A stretch of 11,180 nt of DNA, taken from positions 1 through 11,180 of the forward strand of contig NW_021827668.1 of NCBI RefSeq assembly GCF_006345805.1. The letters are read 5' to 3'. Shown here in pieces: positions 1 to 8,053 of this stretch. A program made the translations under genes and the position numbers. The stretch is from Octopus sinensis. Taxonomy: Eukaryota. The notes beneath the pieces were generated by a model. That model ran no database searches, was not told the DNA's origin, and worked only from the letters and a program-made list of their open reading frames with translations. Positions within the stretch are counted from its first letter, which is position 1, and the number at the start of each line of letters is the position of its first letter.

Positions 1-468
1 GAAAGAGCCCATCGTTTGTGTGTGTGTGTGTGTGTGTGTGTGAATATTTTTGTCCTCCTACCACTGTTTGACAACCGGTGTTGGTGTGTTTCTGTCTCCG
101 TAATGATGCCAATACAAATGGCCTAACTGACGATGATGAGGAGGAGCAGGAGGAGAGGGGTGATGAAGGTTTGATTTCCAGTCACATGGTTCCGGGTTCA
201 GTCCCACTGCGTGGCAAATTGGTCAAGTGTCTTCTACAATAGGCTCGGGAAAAACCAAAACTTTATGAGTGAATTTGGTAGACAGGAACTAAAAGAAGCC
301 CATCGTATGCGTGTATGTGTGTTTGTGTGTTTGTTCCCTACCACTGTTTGACAACCGGTGCTGGTGTGTTTACGTCTCCGTAATGAAAACGGCAAAACTA
401 TACAAATGGCCTAATTTTACAAACAGCGAACAGATGATGATGATCAAGTTGAGGATGATGATGATGAT

Positions 469-499
<31 letters not shown>

Positions 500-862
500 A
501 GGAGGAAGGGGAGGAGCAGGAGAAGGGGAAGCGGAGGAGCAGGAGACTAAGGGGTGATGAAGGTTTGATTTCCAGTCACATGGTTCCAGGTTCATTTCCA
601 CTGCGTGGCAACTTGGTCACGTGTCTTGAACAATAGGCTCGGGAAAACCAAAGCTTTGTGAATGAATTTACTAGACAGAAACTAAAAGAAGCCCGTCGTG
701 TGCGTGTATGTGTGTGCGTGTGTGTGTGTATTTCTGTTCCCTACCACTGCTTGACAGCCAGTGTTGGTGTTTGTGTGTGTGTGTCTCCGTAATAAAAACG
801 GCAAAACTTTAAGTTTATATAGATGCCAATACAAATGGCCTAACTTTACAAACACCAAACTG
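1..862 (+). repeat. Tandem array (partial unit plus two ~300-400 bp units) built from an internal fragment of family-A SINE plus a (GAT/GAG)n spacer
   Basis: The anchor AGCCC(A/G)TCGT recurs at ~5, ~297 and ~690, and GGGGTGATGAAGGTTTGATTTCCAGTCACATGGTTCC at ~157 and 551. Each unit carries the SINE B-box (GGTTCAGTCCC at ~195) and CORE-like part but lacks the A-box and 3' tail. Units differ by substitutions and internal deletions. Confidence 0.9.
433..545. repeat. (GAT)n(GAG)n purine-rich trinucleotide microsatellite
   Basis: Read directly from the sequence. It produces the spurious poly-M/poly-R and poly-H/poly-P ORFs. Confidence 0.95.
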
Positions 863-1095
863 ACGGCCGTTTAAAATCTTGAAGGTTTTTCTGCCGTGAG
901 CTGTATAATTACATCATGTATGATTGCGCATCGTTCGTGCTTGAGCGTCTTTGTGTATCTGTCTTCATGCGTTTGCCATTAGATATAAATAAACGATAAT
1001 AAACGAAAATTACGTACATAAAACAGATGTAAAAGTTGGATAAACAACTTTTATGTAAAACTAAACAAAATAATACAGTTTATATAGTGTTACAT

Positions 1096-1138
1096 GAGAG
1101 AGAGAAAGAGAGAGAGAAAGAGAGGGGGATAGAGGGAG
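1096..1138. repeat. (GA)n-rich tract
   Basis: GAGAGAGAGAAAGAGAGAGAGAAAGAGAGGGGGATAGAGGGAGA. Confidence 0.9.
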
Positions 1139-1154
1139 ACCTTGTCCATTTTAG

Positions 1155-1205
1155 TCAATCGCCGTCGCCATTAAGATGGCGGGCGGAGAGGACAGAGGAT
1201 ATTTT
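1155..1205 (+). CDS. Candidate short exon: either first coding exon MAGGEDRGYF from ATG 1176, or a 51-nt symmetric internal exon; product unknown
   Basis: Acceptor-like CCTTGTCCATTTTAG ends at 1154 and a perfect GTAAGT donor lies at 1206-1211. ATG 1176 has A at -3 and G at +4. The segment is a locally GC/CpG-rich island and two of three frames are open. No protein family recognised. Confidence 0.4.
1161..1185. promoter_or_regulatory. Divergent YY1-like motifs (GTCGCCATT / AAGATGGCGG) around the candidate start codon
   Basis: AAGATGGCGG at 1173-1182 matches the YY1 consensus commonly found at animal TSS/start codons. CGCCAT/ATGGCG form a short inverted repeat. Motif match only. Confidence 0.3.
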
Positions 1206-1510
1206 GTAAGTCGAAACCAATTGCTGACTTCATCCGTTACCGCAACATTCCAGCATCGAGGAGTAAAAATGAAAAAAAAAAAAAAAAAGAAAAGGGAAAA
1301 ATATACGGTAATGAAAATGAAGAGGATTAGGAAGAAAGAGGACCTATATCAACAACAACAACAACAACAAAAACAACAGTTAATTAGGGTAATAGACACC
1401 CTTGTTTCTTACGTCATTTCTCTTCTTTCTCCCTTTTTCTTTCTTTCTCTTTTCCTTCCTTTCTTGGTTGCCATACATATAAACATAGAAGCACGCATGC
1501 ACACATATAC

Positions 1511-1512
<2 letters not shown>

Positions 1513-1595
<83 letters not shown>

Positions 1596-1880
1596 GATGT
1601 TTACAACAAGATCGTATCCTCTTTGTGATTTAATTAGTCATACATCAATAGTAGAAAGTCTATATAAGATATAAACTTATATACATACATACATATATAT
1701 ATACATACATATATACATGTATCTATATATATATATATATATAGTATACATACATATAAATATATATAAATATACATATACATATATATATATGTATGTA
1801 TATATGTATATATATCTATATCTATATCTATGTCTATATATACAGTCACACATGCATGTGTATATACAAATGTATATACA
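1513..1880. repeat. (TA)n and compound TA/CATA/TATC microsatellite region
   Basis: Nearly pure (TA)n at ~1513-1594 and a mixed tract at ~1661-1880. Confidence 0.9.
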
Positions 1881-1925
1881 AACGCGCATGTAGTATTAGC
1901 AGTAGCAGCACATATAGTATTATCT

Positions 1926-1934
1926 GTAGTAGTG

Positions 1935-1983
<49 letters not shown>
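1926..1983. repeat. (TAG)n microsatellite
   Basis: Long near-perfect GTA/TAG run with one GTG interruption. Confidence 0.95.
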
Positions 1984-2492
1984 ATGCCAATAGACAACGA
2001 GCTATTGACATGAGGGATCAGGTGAATTAGTTCGAACGGTTTCCCACCAGTTCCACCGAATTAAAATTCGACTTACGTCACCGGTACCGCCTGTTTTTCT
2101 TCATTTTTTTTCTGCATTTCTCAATATAGTTAGACGAGGAAGGGTGGCGGTGGGGTGGGGTCTGGACTATTTCGCAGATTGAAGAGGTTCATGCCCTTGA
2201 TGTCCCTCCTGGAATTACGTAACTCGTTATTTAAAAGAAAGACATGGATTAAGCTTACCAAGTGTACTGCTCTTCTCGCAGGGCAGATCCGACAAACGTC
2301 AAGGGTTTAGTCCAGCCCTGGTTCAAATTTATATCAATGTGCGCGCATAGACAGACACACACATACATACAGTGAAACATACCTATATACCACGTGGATG
2401 AGTTTTCTCATACATTTCTGCACACAAACTTAGCTACACGTCGTATTTTCCCGTTATTCAACGTTAATAAAGTCAGTATATATTATTAATCC

Positions 2493-2528
2493 CTTTCTGT
2501 TGATGACCGTAGGCTCGAAACGTCAAAG
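2493..2528 (+). ncRNA. Minimal type I hammerhead-ribozyme-like motif (variant core, dimer-type stem III)
   Basis: CTTT-CTGTTGA-T-GACC-GTAG-GCTC-GAAA-CG-TC-AAAG. Stem I is CTTT/AAAG, stem II is GACC/GCTC (3 of 4 pairs), the GAAA core and GUC triplet are present, and stem III contains palindromic ACGT. It deviates from consensus at A6 (U). Confidence 0.6.
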
Positions 2529-3169
2529 ACTTTTTTCATTTTTCTTGGGCGTGAAACTAATACATCTTGTTTCTTGTTTCCTCACCTGTCGTTGTCTTTT
2601 GCTTTTTGTATCGTTTTGAACCTTATCATAATATATATTGTACGTTTTATCTATCCACAGGACCATATTATAAGCGAAACTTGGTAGCAGGCAATGCGTA
2701 AAGGAACGCTTTATGAACACAAATACAAGGAATTTGTCTTACTTCATTTTATCTTAAGGTAATAAATATTATTGTTATATTTCGGAACGGTCATTTTCTT
2801 TTGACAAATAAACATACGCACTATATATTCGTTCTACACTCGTTTATTACTGTTCGTATTTTAACTCATGTCTATTGTCCGTGAATCTTTCGTCACACAT
2901 CTGTGACCGCTTCAGCGACAATTTCCGTCCTTGCGTGTGACCTTGCTCCGCTTTGTCCATTCTGTTTCAACACATGGTTTCACATCAGGAATCTTACATA
3001 AACGTAATAAATATTAGTCTTATGAAACTTAGTGTTCATTTCCTCATTGCCAGATTGAGCGAATGCGATTTAATGCTATGGATGACGTCAAATTTATTTT
3101 CATTTTAAATGTATTTAAATTTCATATTGATGTTTTATACACTCAAACCGGTTGTAAATATGCACATAT

Positions 3170-3173
3170 TATA

Positions 3174-3211
<38 letters not shown>

Positions 3212-3300
3212 CTCGACAGAGAGTGGAGTGAACGAGAGAGCGAGAGAGAGAGAGAGGAGAAAGGGTAAAGGAAGGGACAGTGAAGGAGAGGATAGAGGGC
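3170..3300. repeat. (TA)n followed by (GA)n/purine-rich tract
   Basis: Read directly; boundaries approximate. Confidence 0.85.
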
Positions 3301-3324
3301 AGTAGTGAACTAACTTCTCTGATG

Positions 3325-3407
3325 CGCAAAGTGCCACGCAGTGGGACTGAACCCGAAACCATGTGGTTGGGAGGCAAGCGTTTTACTACATAGCCACTCC
3401 TGCGCCT
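3325..3407 (-). mobile_element. Family-A tRNA-derived SINE, head-only fragment
   Basis: Minus strand reads AGGCGCAGGAGTGGCTATGTAG (A-box)...GGTTTCGGGTTCAGTCCC (B-box) and matches the head of the copies at 7385-7821 and 8441-8854. Confidence 0.85.
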
Positions 3408-3444
3408 GTATATACTCTTACACGTACATGTATAGATTCATATA

Positions 3445-3811
3445 TGTGGAAGCACTCCGTCGGTTACGACGACGAGGGTTCCGGTTGATCCGAATCAACG
3501 GAATAGCCTGCTCGTGAAATTAACGTGTAAGTGTATGAGCACTCCACAGACACGTGCACCCTTAACGTAGTTCTCGGGGATATTCAGTGTGACACAGAGA
3601 GTGACAAGGCCGGCCCTTTGAAATACAGGTACAACAGAAACAGGAAGTAAGAGTGAGAGAAAGTTGTGGTGAAAGAATACAGCAGGGATCACCACCATCC
3701 CCTGCGGAGCCTCGTGGAGCTTTTAGGTGTTTTCGCTCAATAAACACTCACAACGCCCGGTCTGGGAATCGAAACCGCGATCCTATGACCGCGAGTCCGC
3801 TGCCCTAACCA
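3445..3811 (-). mobile_element. Family-C tRNA-derived SINE, nearly full length (first ~10 nt missing)
   Basis: Minus strand reads GGTTAGGGCAGCGGACTCGCGGTC...GGTTTCGATTCCC (B-box at 3764-3776), followed by a CORE-like TTGAGCGAAAACACCTAA and a GC-richer body. Resembles described octopus tRNA-SINEs (OK/OR group); exact family not assigned. Confidence 0.8.
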
Positions 3812-4400
3812 TACATATATGTATGTATGTATGCACATGGGTTGCTGTCTGTCTGTATGTATGTATGTGTGTATGTGTGAATGTGTACACACTTGTGTGC
3901 ATGTGTGGGTATATAATGTGAATGTGTTAGCACAAGTATATGTCTTTGTGCATTCGTAAATGAGGTTGCATAATGCACTTGTTTTCTAGAAGAGAATAAG
4001 GAAATTATTGTTGGTTAACACGCCTGGTCGCAGAGATATGCAGGTGGTCGGTGTGAAACGGGAGAGACGCTAATCCCTTGAAGCGTTATCTCCCATTCAG
4101 TGATAATATAAACACTGGAGGGTTTCTATACAGATTGATGTGGTGTGACATTTACATTTAAAAAATATAAAAGAAAATAGATATTCTAAATGAATAATGA
4201 TGATGATGATAATATTAATGATAATAATAAACGTACATGAAACTGGGTGAAGTATACATATAAAAATACGTGTTTCGTGTACAAAGATGTTTTAGTGAGA
4301 TTAAAACGAACCCTACGTTGGAGTCCAGAACAATATCTGTTATTACGAAGGATATGTGGGAAGGATGTGTGGGAGGGAACAATACTGTGTTAACCTGGAA

Positions 4401-4875
4401 GAGCTGGTAGAGTGAGCGAATGAACGTTCTGTGGTTACATGCTATGACTCTCTGCATTTTGAGTTCGAATTCCACCAAAATCAACTTAGCCTCCTCTTTT
4501 TTCTTTTTTTTTTTCTTTTTCGGTGTTTGATTAATAAAGTGCCAGAACGAGATTCCAAAGTGGTTGATTTGTTAAGTCGGTGGAGCATCTTTGCATTATG
4601 AGTTCCAATCCCACCAGATCAATAAAGTGTCGTTCCTCAGAGGTGAATTTGTAGAGTCGGTAGAAAGTTGGAACCAATGTTTAGTAGCATTTTGGCTATC
4701 TTCATTCTCAGTTGAAATCCTGCCTAGGTAAACTATGTCTTCCTTTATTTTTTTTTAATTGGTTAGTAAAGTGCTAGTCCAAAGCGGTTGATTGGTTGAG
4801 TCGATAGAGCATCGGAATGAATGTATTGCGGTATTATGGCTATCCGCATTCTGAGTTCAAATCTCGTCTTTCATA
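4401..4875 (+). repeat. Four old, diverged head-to-tail copies of a family-B-like SINE head
   Basis: B-box-like GAGTTCGAATTCC (4461), GAGTTCCAATCC (4600), CAGTTGAAATCC (4709) and GAGTTCAAATC (4853), each preceded by an A-box-like GG(T)TGA(A)TTGGTAGAGTCG segment. The unit at 4641-4777 aligns along its length with 6961-7095. Confidence 0.7.
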
Positions 4876-4896
4876 TTTTGTTTTGCTTTATTGTTA

Positions 4897-4928
<32 letters not shown>

Positions 4929-4975
4929 GCATGTATGTATGAATATATGTATGTAATATATATATATATATATAG
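4897..4975. repeat. (TA)n/(TATG)n microsatellite
   Basis: Read directly. Confidence 0.9.
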
Positions 4976-4992
4976 TATAACAGAAAAGAGGA

Positions 4993-5212
4993 ATTTCGAT
5001 TATCCCCACGTGGTGGGTTGTAATGTATATAAGAAATTAAAAATTATATTAAAACCATGTAAGTGTGCGTATTTTTCTTTTAATTTCTTATATATATATA
5101 TATATATATATATATAAGAAATAAAAAAGAAAAATACGCACACTTACATGGTTTTAATATAATTTTTAATTTCTTATATACATTACAACCCCCACGTGGG
5201 GATAATCGAAAT
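4993..5212. repeat. 220-bp near-perfect palindrome centred on (TA)n
   Basis: Arms 4993-5090 and 5115-5212 are reverse complements with ~3 differences. The same peptide GCNVYKKLKIILKPCKCAYFSF appears in the + and - ORF tracks. Confidence 0.95.
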
Positions 5213-5370
5213 ATATATATATATATATAGGAATAAAAATTATATATAAAGAAACAAGAACGTGAAATACACAAGGGACGAACACAGAAAACAGACGGGT
5301 CATTCGAAGCCTTTAATCTTCAGTCAGAAACCGGATCATCATAGCAAATTCGGTCGGCTGATTAATTCTG

Positions 5371-5371
<1 letters not shown>

Positions 5372-5424
<53 letters not shown>

Positions 5425-5425
5425 A
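5372..5425. repeat. (TA)n microsatellite
   Basis: Read directly. Confidence 0.9.
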
Positions 5426-5530
5426 TGAAAAAATGTGTAGAGATGGCTTGGGGGTATAATTTTTATTTATCATAATATAATTAGAATAAAAATTATGCCC
5501 CCAATAAAGCCACCTCCACTCATTTTTTCA
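5426..5530. repeat. Imperfect fold-back with ~42-46 bp arms and a 17-nt spacer
   Basis: TGAAAAAATGTGTAGAGATGGCTT----GGGGGTATAATTTTTATT versus the reverse complement of 5485-5530, TGAAAAAATGAGTGGAGGTGGCTTTATTGGGGGCATAATTTTTATT: 4 substitutions and a 4-nt gap. Confidence 0.85.
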
Positions 5531-5729
5531 AATATATTATACAGTACCAAGAACTTTTTTATTTTCTACTATATATATATATGAAAATTAGAATTATAAG
5601 ACTTCATTCTATGTTGGCCAAACAACTATAATCAATACGGGATAAAGGCTTATGTTTGTATTTTGGAAAATTTCGTTCGCCGCCGTTTCCTAATTTACAC
5701 AGAATTCGCACATCGTTGCATATGTATGT

Positions 5730-5814
5730 GAGTGTGCGTGCGTTTATACGCGCGCGTGTTTATGTGTTTGTGTGCGCGCGTGTGTGTGTGTGTGTGTGTA
5801 TTTGTGTGTGTGTG
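5730..5814. repeat. (GT)n/(GC)n compound microsatellite
   Basis: Read directly; boundaries approximate. Confidence 0.85.
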
Positions 5815-6105
5815 TAAGAAATAACGGTAGGCTAAGTGTGAAAAATTACATCCCGCAAATTACAAAAGTAATTAAAAAGATTATTAAAATTTCAAAAAAT
5901 CCTTATGATATTTGACCCACAAAATATACGTACGTACGTTTGTGCGTATGTGTGTCTGCACTAGTGTGTTTAGATACACAACGATAGATAATCGAAAGGT
6001 GCAAAGAAAACATTACAATGTGATTGGGCACGTTAGAAATTTCCCTGTAAGTTCAAATTACATATACTACAACTATTAGTTTCACCTTTTACGCATCAAG
6101 GGTTG

Positions 6106-6272
6106 AAACCGCTAACGCCTAAAAATTATGTATTTTTATCAACATAACTAATGCTATGGTAATATTATTTATCTCCTATGTAAATACCAAAAGCCGCTAA
6201 TGTCAAGAAGTTTTATATTGTTAACATACTTATTTAACGATTATATAAATTTATCTCGTATATAAATACCGA
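6106..6272. repeat. Old diverged ~83-85 bp direct duplication
   Basis: CCGCTAA at 6109 and 6194; ATTTATCTC.TAT.TAAATACC at 6167 and 6249. Confidence 0.65.
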
Positions 6273-6317
6273 ATCTATGTAATTTCAACTGAAAGTAGAT
6301 TTATATGTATATACGTA

Positions 6318-6321
<4 letters not shown>

Positions 6322-6362
<41 letters not shown>
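6322..6362. repeat. (GT)n(GA)n microsatellite
   Basis: Read directly. Confidence 0.9.
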
Positions 6363-6363
<1 letters not shown>

Positions 6364-6492
6364 CGAAAACAAGCATAATGTAAACTGGAATTTGATGCTA
6401 GTTTGTAGAATACAATAAACTTTTGTTTATTATCAACTGCATGTTACGGTATAATGTAATAATAAACGTTTGTATGTGTGCGGACATGTGTA

Positions 6493-6508
6493 TACACACA
6501 TACACACA

Positions 6509-6541
<33 letters not shown>
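6493..6541. repeat. (CA)n microsatellite
   Basis: Read directly. Confidence 0.9.
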
Positions 6542-6543
<2 letters not shown>

Positions 6544-6623
6544 GTGTCTTCGAAGTTTCCGCCAGTGAAGCCATCGTCAGCAGTCCGACGACGGCTTAGC
6601 TAACCGGAACTTAGAAGCCACTG
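6544..6623. ncRNA. Head-to-head inverted pair of decayed hammerhead-like motifs forming a ~78-nt hairpin
   Basis: Plus copy: CAGT-CCGACGA-C-GGCT-TAGCT-AACC-GGAAC-TTAGAAG-CC-ACTG. Minus copy: CTGACGA-T-GGCT-TCACT-GGCG-GAAAC-TTCGAAG-AC. Arms 6544-6580 and 6585-6621 pair ungapped with 27/37 Watson-Crick pairs. Confidence 0.45.
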
Positions 6624-6701
6624 TCAGTTATATTCTACGTTAAAAATAATAAATTTATACTCTACAAAAGTATAGACGAACCCATCAGATTAATGTGAAA
6701 T

Positions 6702-6732
6702 TGTTTTTTTTTTTTTTGTTTTTTTTTTTTTT
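6702..6732. repeat. Poly-T tract
   Basis: ~30 nt of T with one G interruption. Confidence 0.9.
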
Positions 6733-6747
6733 ATATAAGTGAAGATG

Positions 6748-6846
6748 AGGCGGCAAGCTGGCAGAATCGTTAGCACGATGGACAAAATGCTTAGCTTCAT
6801 TGTACCTGCTTCTACGCTCTGAGTTCAAATTCCGCCGAGTTCAAAT
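6748..6846 (+). mobile_element. Family-B tRNA-derived SINE, head-only fragment
   Basis: GGCGGCAAGCTGGCAGAATCGTTAG (A-box)...GAGTTCAAATTCC (B-box); homologous to 6957-7050. Confidence 0.85.
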
Positions 6847-6909
6847 TTTATATATAATGCAAATATAATGCTCATATATATATAAAAATAACATTATATT
6901 ATAAATGTA

Positions 6910-6955
6910 TATTATTATTATTATTGCTGTTGTTGTTGTTATTATTATTATTATT
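6910..6955. repeat. (ATT)n(GTT)n(ATT)n microsatellite
   Basis: Read directly; lies immediately 5' of the family-B SINE. Confidence 0.9.
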
Positions 6956-6956
6956 G

Positions 6957-7170
6957 AGTCGGCGAGCTGGCAGAAACGTTAGAACGCCGGGCAGAATGCT
7001 TAGAGGCATTTCGTCCGTCGCTACGTTCTGAGTTCAAATTCTGTCGAGTTCACCTTTACCTTTCATCCTTTCGGGGTCGATAAACTGAGTACCAATGAAA
7101 CACTGGGGTCGATGTAATCGACTACAACCCTTCCCCGAAGTTTCAGCCCTTGTGCTTTTAGTAGAAAGGA
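6957..7170 (+). mobile_element. Family-B tRNA-derived SINE, near full length
   Basis: A-box GCTGGCAGAAACGTTAG, B-box GAGTTCAAATTC, central CCTTTCATCCTTTCGGGGTCGATAAACTGAGTACCA (resembles conserved metazoan SINE central domains from memory; not verified). Confidence 0.85.
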
Positions 7171-7301
7171 CATTGATCCAAAAGCATGTAAATTTATGAG
7201 ACGTTCTCATACAGCAATATTATGTACGCATTAAAGTTCGGAATGTGGTTATCGGTAATAAAATGAATGAATAATTGAATGTGTTTTGGTTAAATGTAAA
7301 C

Positions 7302-8053
7302 TTAGGAGTCCTCAACCACTTATTTTCTTTTTCATCTATGGTCCCCTTTGGTTATTAATTTATTCTGGTAGACCCTCATTCGATACTCTTAACACTTTTA
7401 CTCTTTTACTTGTTTCAGTCATTCGACTGCGGCCATGCTGGAGCACCGCCTTTAGTCAAGCAAATCGACCCCAGGTCTTATTCTTTGTAAGCCTAGTACT
7501 TATTCTATCGGTCTCTTTGGCCGAACCGCTAAGTTACGGGAACGTATACACACCAGCATTGGTTGTCAAGCGATGTTGGGGGGACAAGCACAGACACACA
7601 AACATGCACACACAACAACACACATATATATATATATATATATATAATATATATATATATATATACATATATACGACGGGCTTCTTTCAGTTTCTGTCTA
7701 CACTCACAAGGCTTTGGTTGGCCCGAAGCTATAGTAGAAGACACTAGCCCAAGATGTCACGCAGTAGGACTGAACCCGGAACCTTGTGGTTTGCAAACAA
7801 ACTACTTACCACACAGCCACCCGAATCTAGTTTTATAGAAACTTTTTCCATTTTGTTATTTTGTCCTTGTGTAGGTTGAACTGTGTAAAATGTTTTGGAG
7901 AAAACAAACCAGGCTGTTTCTTGCAATAATTACATCCAGAGTAAGGATTTTTCAGGGGCCCTTAAAATACTGTTGTGGATCCCCGATGCGTGGACCCCCT
8001 AAAAATCTTATATGGACTCTCAGCGGCCATATGGTCCCGGTTGAGAAACCCTG
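7302..8053. mobile_element. Non-autonomous hAT (Buster/Charlie-type) MITE interrupted by a family-A SINE
   Basis: Left end (T)TAGGAGTCCTCAACC versus right end GGTTGAGAAACCCTG (11/15 match). Flanking 8-mers ATGTAAAC (7294-7301) and ATCTAAAC (8054-8061) match 7/8 with a central TA, as expected for a Buster-family TSD. Confidence 0.75.
7385..7821 (-). mobile_element. Family-A tRNA-derived CORE-like SINE, near full length
   Basis: Minus strand has A-box GTGGCTGTGTGG, B-box GGTTCAGTCC, an internal (TA)/(GT) microsatellite and a 3' tail GACTGAAACAAGTAAAAGAGT. Homologous to 8441-8854. Confidence 0.9.

Noticed and set aside
311-601. ORFs 311-550 (+) and 398-601 (-), and the acidic poly-D/E frame from 415
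   Set aside because: Products of the (GAT/GAG)n tract and SINE sequence. The acidic frame has no ATG and runs into SINE DNA.
1176-2030. Long ORFs 1176-1628, 1634-2011 and overlapping ones
   Set aside because: Translations of poly-A, (CAA)n, (TA)n and (TAG)n tracts. Only the first 10 codons of 1176 are retained, as a candidate exon.
2641-2765. Exon-like segment with TCCACAG acceptor (2660) and AAG|GTAATA donor (2759)
   Set aside because: Stops in all three frames of the 98-nt segment. It could only be non-coding and there is no supporting evidence.
2955-2992. Minus-strand CTGATGT...GAAAC hammerhead-like motif
   Set aside because: A9 is missing, there is no G-C closing of stem II, and no convincing stem III/UH or stem I.
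3975-4050. Possible exon after CACTTGTTTTCTAG (KRIRKLLLVNTPGRRDMQ) ending at CAG|GTGGTC
   Set aside because: Weak donor and no recognisable protein similarity. Such sites are common by chance.
5290-5330. Minus-strand CTGAAGA...CGAAT...GTC hammerhead-like motif
   Set aside because: GAAA core broken and stems I and II do not pair in the required register.
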